From contig CALHOI010000034.1 in assembly GCA_938035525.1 (NCBI GenBank), positions 3,266 to 67,265 of the forward strand: DNA of 64,000 nt. The letters run 5' to 3'. A program made the translations under genes and the position numbers. Under the pieces are notes generated by a model. That model searched no databases and was not told the origin of the DNA. It was given only the letters and a program-made list of their open reading frames with translations. This stretch comes from an uncultured Granulosicoccaceae bacterium. Its GTDB lineage: Bacteria; Pseudomonadota; Gammaproteobacteria; Granulosicoccales; Granulosicoccaceae. Positions 59,114 through 64,000 of this stretch are shown here, one piece after another. Within the stretch, counting starts at the first letter, position 1; each line of letters opens with the position of its first letter.

Positions 59114-59302
59114 GTTTTTACTCCTGATGTGTTTACAGTAACAATAACGAACGTAAAAGTATTTTTATTCATTACGGCCGCTGTTGATAAGCTCAAGCTT
59201 AATTGTAACCAATGTGGCAATGTCGCGTAATGATGCTTATTGCTACCATCGTAGTCAAACAATTGCCGAGTATGGCGGTGGATAACCAATGTCGTGGCCC
59301 GA

Positions 59303-59359
59303 AGAGGTGGTGGGGCACGGAGGTAGTGGCTTACAGAGGTAATGGCTTACGGAGGTAAT
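59303..59359. repeat. 16-bp imperfect tandem repeat x3-4 (rgaggtaatggcttac)
   Basis: Read directly; intergenic. Confidence 0.7.
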
Positions 59360-59381
59360 ATAGAAGTGGGTTGTTCTGCAC

Positions 59382-59420
59382 AAAAAAAGGCAGAGGAACC
59401 GTTTTGGTTCTTCTGCCTTT
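59382..59420 (-). terminator. Intrinsic terminator of 59488..61179
   Basis: aaaggcagaggaacc/ggttcttctgccttt stem with an A7 run on + (U-tract on -). Confidence 0.8.
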
Positions 59421-59487
59421 GAATTATTTAGACTTAAGTCTAGGATGAGCCACGTAATTAACGATACTCAATTCCGCCGGTTAGTCG

Positions 59488-61179
59488 CTAGTCGGCATTG
59501 TTGTTGTTTCTGACTGGCGCTAACACAGCCGTACCAAACAAGCTTGGATTATTCCAGCTTTCATCTTGGAACGAAGGGGCAAACCAGGACCACTTGGCAT
59601 CGCGATCACCGCCATCGTCGTCGTCGTTTATTTGCACGTCAAGGCCAAAGCGTTGTTCCGGGTTTAATCCAATGGATGCCATATTGACTTCTATTTCGTA
59701 AATCGATGTGGTCTGGTTGGCCATTTCCATGGCGCGACTGGAGCGATACCACGACCGCATACCTTTTGCTGAGTGCAGGCTGTCGTGAATATTATCGCTG
59801 GCGTCGTGGTCATAGCGGAACAATCGTTGATAGTCATCGTGTCCGTAACTCGTTTGTTTGTTATTGCCGATATCAAAATACAACTCCACTGAGTCGTCGT
59901 GCCAGATATCAGATGAATCGCTAAAGCGCTCAAAGAACGGTTCGCGTTTAACCACAATCAGTACGTACAGATTAGTGCCATCATGTTTGGCTCGCCAGTA
60001 GCTGCTGTTCTGTGTATCACGCCAGTCTGTGGCACCTGCACCGTCCTCAAAGTTGCCTTTTTCATCAATGTTCAGGTGGTTGATGTACAGATAGTTACCC
60101 TGATTATCTGACTGACCAGAATCACTCCATTCCCACCAACCGTAAGCGCCGTCAATGGTGGGCACTCGATTGGAAAACGGGATGCCTGCGATGGAATCAT
60201 CCTGAATATCTGGAATGCCATTGTTGTCGTCATCGGGGTCGGCGTTATCACCAATACCGTCACCATCGGCGTCTGAATGTTCGTTGGCATTGTAAGGGAA
60301 GGCATCTTCAAGGTCACGGTAGCCGTCACCGTCTGAATCTTCGTTTCCGGTGATGTTCGGGTTTGAAGGTTGTGGATCTTCCAAGTCTATGGTGCCGTCA
60401 CCGTCATCATCCAAATCGACACTGTTACCCAGCCCGTCAAGATCTAAGTCAAGGCTTTCGTTTGCGTCCAGTGGAAATTTATCATCAACATCGAGTACCG
60501 AATCGTTGTCGTCATCACGATCGCGATTATCACCAATGCCATCACCATCGGTATCGACCGCTTCGGAAGCGTCTAACGGAAACGCATCATAAGCATCACC
60601 AATGCCGTCGTTATCATCGTCGCTGTCGGTTTCGTTGGGAATGCCATCACCGTCAAAGTCTTCTGTTTGCAAACGTGGTTCTGAGCCTCGCTCAACTTCT
60701 GAGATATTGTCAAAACCATCACTGTCATCATCCATACTGGTGTCAAACAGCTGCTGTGGAATGGCCAGAGGTACGTAGTTGGCATCGGTGCTGACTGTGG
60801 TTTGCGCGGCAGCCAGAATAAGCCCATCGGAGGCGCGTTGCGCTGCCAGAAAAACCGAGTATTCGCGAAACAGCGGCAAATTGATATCCAGCGTGTAGAG
60901 GTCTCCAGACTTATTCATGGTCAAGGTCTCGCCACTGACTGTTGCGACGATATCAATAGGAATGCCGAGGTTCATCATGCGTTGAGGTAACCTGACGCTT
61001 AATGCCACTTGTGAGCTTGCAGCGTCTTGTTGCGCCTGTTGCTCTTCGGTGTTTTTCACGTCCGACGAGCCTGTGCCGGTAGCGCCTGCACCGCAACCCA
61101 CCAACAGAACGGTGGACGCAGCGACAGCGATACAAAGTGTTGTTTTGCGAAACGGTTGCGGTAAAGGTTTCATGATCAA
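59488..61179 (-). CDS. Lipoprotein with thrombospondin type-3 Ca-binding repeats and C-terminal CBM9/DOMON-like domain
   Basis: LVGC lipobox; many D-x-D-G-D-G..D.DDDND and DAFP repeats; PTIDG..W, DDSVELYFD, GLDVQINDDD, NPSLFG. Confidence 0.8.
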   Translation of the reverse strand: MIMKPLPQPFRKTTLCIAVAASTVLLVGCGAGATGTGSSDVKNTEEQQAQQDAASSQVALSVRLPQRMMNLGIPIDIVATVSGETLTMNKSGDLYTLDINLPLFREYSVFLAAQRASDGLILAAAQTTVSTDANYVPLAIPQQLFDTSMDDDSDGFDNISEVERGSEPRLQTEDFDGDGIPNETDSDDDNDGIGDAYDAFPLDASEAVDTDGDGIGDNRDRDDDNDSVLDVDDKFPLDANESLDLDLDGLGNSVDLDDDGDGTIDLEDPQPSNPNITGNEDSDGDGYRDLEDAFPYNANEHSDADGDGIGDNADPDDDNNGIPDIQDDSIAGIPFSNRVPTIDGAYGWWEWSDSGQSDNQGNYLYINHLNIDEKGNFEDGAGATDWRDTQNSSYWRAKHDGTNLYVLIVVKREPFFERFSDSSDIWHDDSVELYFDIGNNKQTSYGHDDYQRLFRYDHDASDNIHDSLHSAKGMRSWYRSSRAMEMANQTTSIYEIEVNMASIGLNPEQRFGLDVQINDDDDGGDRDAKWSWFAPSFQDESWNNPSLFGTAVLAPVRNNNNAD

Positions 61180-61253
61180 AGTCCTTGTAAACGTGCTTGT
61201 GAAAAGTAAAAATTCGGCGATAGTAGCGTTGCCGTTCGTTAAGCTTTTGTTAG

Positions 61254-61304
61254 TGTTTCCTGAGCTTTAATGTTTCTTGAGCTCTAATGTTTCTTGAGCT
61301 TTAG
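61254..61304. repeat. 17-bp tandem repeat x3 (tgtttcttgagctytaa)
   Basis: Read directly; intergenic. Confidence 0.75.
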
Positions 61305-61563
61305 TGTGACTTCGTTACAAGCAGGAGGCATGACAATTGCACCAGCACACGACGGTAATAATCCCCGGATAATGTTGATTTGGGCTTACATAAGTGCGAA
61401 AAAGCGGGAATACGCCAGAAAATGGATTGCAGCAAAAGCATTTTGCCCAAATACAAAAAAACAGACCCGAGTTGGCTGTGAAACAAATGGGTGTATCGGG
61501 ATTACCGACTCACTTATACAGACTCATCTATAATCAAGCCGTAATCCACATCAAGATAGCACC

Positions 61564-62097
61564 ATGAGCGCAAATTCAAACCTACTTAATCCGCCGACTT
61601 TCCATCGCTGGACATGGCTGGGCGTCATATTGATTATCGCCGGCTTGCTTGGTTATGGTTATTACCTCCAATATTGGCTGTATCTTGATCCTTGCCCACT
61701 GTGTATGACGCAGCGGTTTTTCTACTACTGTCTTGCTGGTGCAGCGCTGATTGGTTTTTTCATGTACCGATCCTGGTTTGCACAGCGTCTGGCTGCGGTG
61801 CTTGGTTTTGCGGCCACTGTCGGCGGATTAGTCACAGCGGGGCGTCAAGTGTGGTTACAGCATTTGCCAGCAGATCAAGTACCCGCCTGTGGGCCCGGGC
61901 TTGAATTCTGGCTCGAAAACATGCCGTTTCTGAGAACGCTGGAATTGCTCTTCAAAGGTGACGGAAATTGCGCTGAAGTTAACTGGCGCTTTCTGGGCTT
62001 GAGTATCGCTGAGTGGTCACTCTTATGGTTTATTCTTTTTGCGATTGTCACGTTACGCCTGCTGTTTTCTCGAAAGCGTTTGGCGACTGCAGGCTGA
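61564..62097 (+). CDS. dsbB: Disulfide bond formation protein B
   Basis: PCPLCMTQR, QVWLQH..VPACGPG..GNCAEV.W.FLGLS. Confidence 0.95.
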   Translation: MSANSNLLNPPTFHRWTWLGVILIIAGLLGYGYYLQYWLYLDPCPLCMTQRFFYYCLAGAALIGFFMYRSWFAQRLAAVLGFAATVGGLVTAGRQVWLQHLPADQVPACGPGLEFWLENMPFLRTLELLFKGDGNCAEVNWRFLGLSIAEWSLLWFILFAIVTLRLLFSRKRLATAG

Positions 62098-62181
62098 ATG
62101 TGGAGTCATGCACGCCGACTGCTTAATCTGCGCGCTGTGGTTGAATGTACTTTGCTATTCAGTTAACACCGACGACCATTA

Positions 62182-62373
62182 ATGGAATCAATTCAAGATC
62201 ACAGCATCAGCTGTCCCTATTGCGGGGAGTCTATCGATATTATGGTGGATTGCTCGATAGAGCATCAGCAATACATCGAGGATTGTCAGGTCTGCTGTCG
62301 TCCGATACAGCTCTCAGTGAGTGTTGATGGAGAAAACCTGGTGAGCGTCAGTGCGCACCATGAGAACGACTGA
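62182..62373 (+). CDS. CPXCG-motif cysteine-rich small protein
   Basis: CPYCGE..YIEDCQVCCRPI. Confidence 0.88.
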   Translation: MESIQDHSISCPYCGESIDIMVDCSIEHQQYIEDCQVCCRPIQLSVSVDGENLVSVSAHHEND

Positions 62374-62423
62374 AACCACCCCGGTTTAAGGCTAGCTTGC
62401 GCCTCCCAACTGGGGCAGCGCCG

Positions 62424-63998
62424 CTAGTTTTCGCTTAAGCGCTGTTGCAAGGCTGTGTATGCAGGCTTCACTTGATAGCTTTCGTCCAACAGCAACGGCT
62501 TGTACTGTCGTCGCCATGAGTACTGATCAGTGAATCCCCAGGTTTGCAGGCCTTTACAGCGAGGTTGCTTTAAGCAAATATTCAATACGCGTCTGTAAAC
62601 CTCTGCTTGTTGTTCCAGCGTACCGCCATCACCGATGGATACATCGAGTTCGGTAATGTAGATATCAAGATCAAGCTCGGCGGCTTTTTGAAAGTTGGCT
62701 TCTACCTCGTCAAACTGATCGAATGCCGAGAAGATGTGCATTTGAAATCCAACGCCATCGATCGGTGTGCCAAGGTCTTTTTGTTTTTGCAGCATGCGGA
62801 ACATGGCATCGGCTTTGGGGCCAAACCAGGAAACGTCATATTCGTTGTAGAGTAATCGCGCATTGGGGGCAGACTGCTTCGCTTGTCTAAAAGCAATTTC
62901 TATATAGCGCTCGCCCATGGCCTCAAACCACACGCTATTGCGGTATTCGCCATTATCTTCAAAAGACTCGTTGACCACATCCCATACTGGTACTCGGTCC
63001 GAGTAACGCTTTAACACGCGATCAATGTATTCGCGCATGTGAGTTTCTCTTGTGTCAACGGAAGAAAATGTAATCCACTTGGGAAGTTGGCGGTGCCAGA
63101 TCAACGTATGGCCGTGCACCTCCATACCTTTAACCCGTGCAAAGTTCACCAGGTTGTCGGCTGACGCCCATCGATAACGACCTGGAAGTGGGTTTAGCAC
63201 GCTCCACTTCAATGAGTTTTCAGGTGATACAAAGTTGAACTCATTGGCCGCAGTTCTTGCGTAAAGCGCACCGTCTGGGCGGTAATAGAAGTCTTTTACT
63301 GATGCGTAGCCTAATCGCAAACCTCGTGCTGTTGCCAGCGCTCGCAGAGTGCTGCCCTCATGAACAAAGTCGGCTGCAGGGCGCACATCAATGTTGATTG
63401 TTGTGCTGCCTGTGCTGTCAGGATTGATGGCATCTGTGGCGACTACCGTTAAGGTGATTAAGCCCGTGGTGCGTGGTATGAATCGCAGTACGACAAAATC
63501 GGGTTCGATCGGGTGTGGCACAAGAGTGGCACCCGGTGGTTGGTTGAATACTTCTAACGTAGGTATTGTGCCGTTTGCATCAGAACCTTTAATTTCTATA
63601 ACGACCGGATCGTTCACCTGTACCGTGTAGTCTCTGACGGTGTTGACAACAGGTGCAATGTTAACGATGGTGGAGGGATCGGATGGCATAACCACTTTGA
63701 TTAAAATCGTGCTTTGGGTCCGATATGCCGGCTCATCATGATCAACGGCCTTTATCGTGAATGACAAGATGCCGACATCGGGCTGCAGTGGCCGCCATCG
63801 CAGTGTTTTAGTGCCATTAAAGTTGTCAATTAATTGCGCACCCTCTGGCAGTGCTTCGGGAAACATGCCCGGAATGTTGCCATCAGGATCGACCGGTCGT
63901 AGCAAGAGGTTAAGCTCACTACCGGCAAAAACTGTCTGATTGGTCAGGTTGTCAAAGTAGGGTGCTCGATTAATCGTTGGGTCCACATTGGCAGGGGT
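62424..63998 (-). CDS. GH10 endo-1,4-beta-xylanase-like protein with N-terminal Ig-like repeats, 5' truncated by window edge
   Basis: PENSLKW, GHTLIWH, WDVVNE, GFQMH and ITELDV (both catalytic Glu present); frame is open to the window end. Confidence 0.9.
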   Translation of the reverse strand, partial: TPANVDPTINRAPYFDNLTNQTVFAGSELNLLLRPVDPDGNIPGMFPEALPEGAQLIDNFNGTKTLRWRPLQPDVGILSFTIKAVDHDEPAYRTQSTILIKVVMPSDPSTIVNIAPVVNTVRDYTVQVNDPVVIEIKGSDANGTIPTLEVFNQPPGATLVPHPIEPDFVVLRFIPRTTGLITLTVVATDAINPDSTGSTTINIDVRPAADFVHEGSTLRALATARGLRLGYASVKDFYYRPDGALYARTAANEFNFVSPENSLKWSVLNPLPGRYRWASADNLVNFARVKGMEVHGHTLIWHRQLPKWITFSSVDTRETHMREYIDRVLKRYSDRVPVWDVVNESFEDNGEYRNSVWFEAMGERYIEIAFRQAKQSAPNARLLYNEYDVSWFGPKADAMFRMLQKQKDLGTPIDGVGFQMHIFSAFDQFDEVEANFQKAAELDLDIYITELDVSIGDGGTLEQQAEVYRRVLNICLKQPRCKGLQTWGFTDQYSWRRQYKPLLLDESYQVKPAYTALQQRLSEN

Positions 63999-64000
63999 GA

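Noticed and set aside
60200-60740. Repetitive DNA as a mobile or non-coding repeat
   Set aside because: Explained by Asp-rich thrombospondin type-3 repeats in the protein on the minus strand.

Overview
Gene-dense chromosomal window from a bacterium that is probably a marine gammaproteobacterium (Granulosicoccus-like; this is an inference from protein style and gene set). It contains no integrase, transposase, prophage, rRNA or CRISPR array. The backbone genes are pyc, pyk, edd/eda/zwf/pgl/hexR (with HexR-type boxes), glcDEF, recQ, greB, dsbB, a 10-gene Mrp/Mnh antiporter operon and one tRNA-Arg with the unusual UCG anticodon. Three accessory modules stand out. (1) A compact ethylene-receptor-like two-component locus: a histidine kinase with an ungapped ETR1-type ethylene/Cu-binding domain, a FixJ-type regulator whose phospho-acceptor Asp is Glu, a TACGTA palindromic array, and a stand-alone winged-helix-like ORF. 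(2) A three-gene, apparently split and exported copper amine oxidase-like system: an N-domain-like protein, a catalytically stripped paralog, and a membrane-anchored subunit with a non-canonical A-Y-A-Y topaquinone motif. (3) A polyprenyl-phosphate pentofuranose (DprE1/DprE2/UbiA-type) glycosylation cluster. The window also has surface carbohydrate-active proteins (two SASA esterases, GH10, CBM9-like, beta-helix), a doubly disrupted outer-membrane beta-barrel gene, an RMF-like small protein and repeated short three-copy tandem duplications at gene ends. All calls come from motif recognition by eye; no database searches were run.
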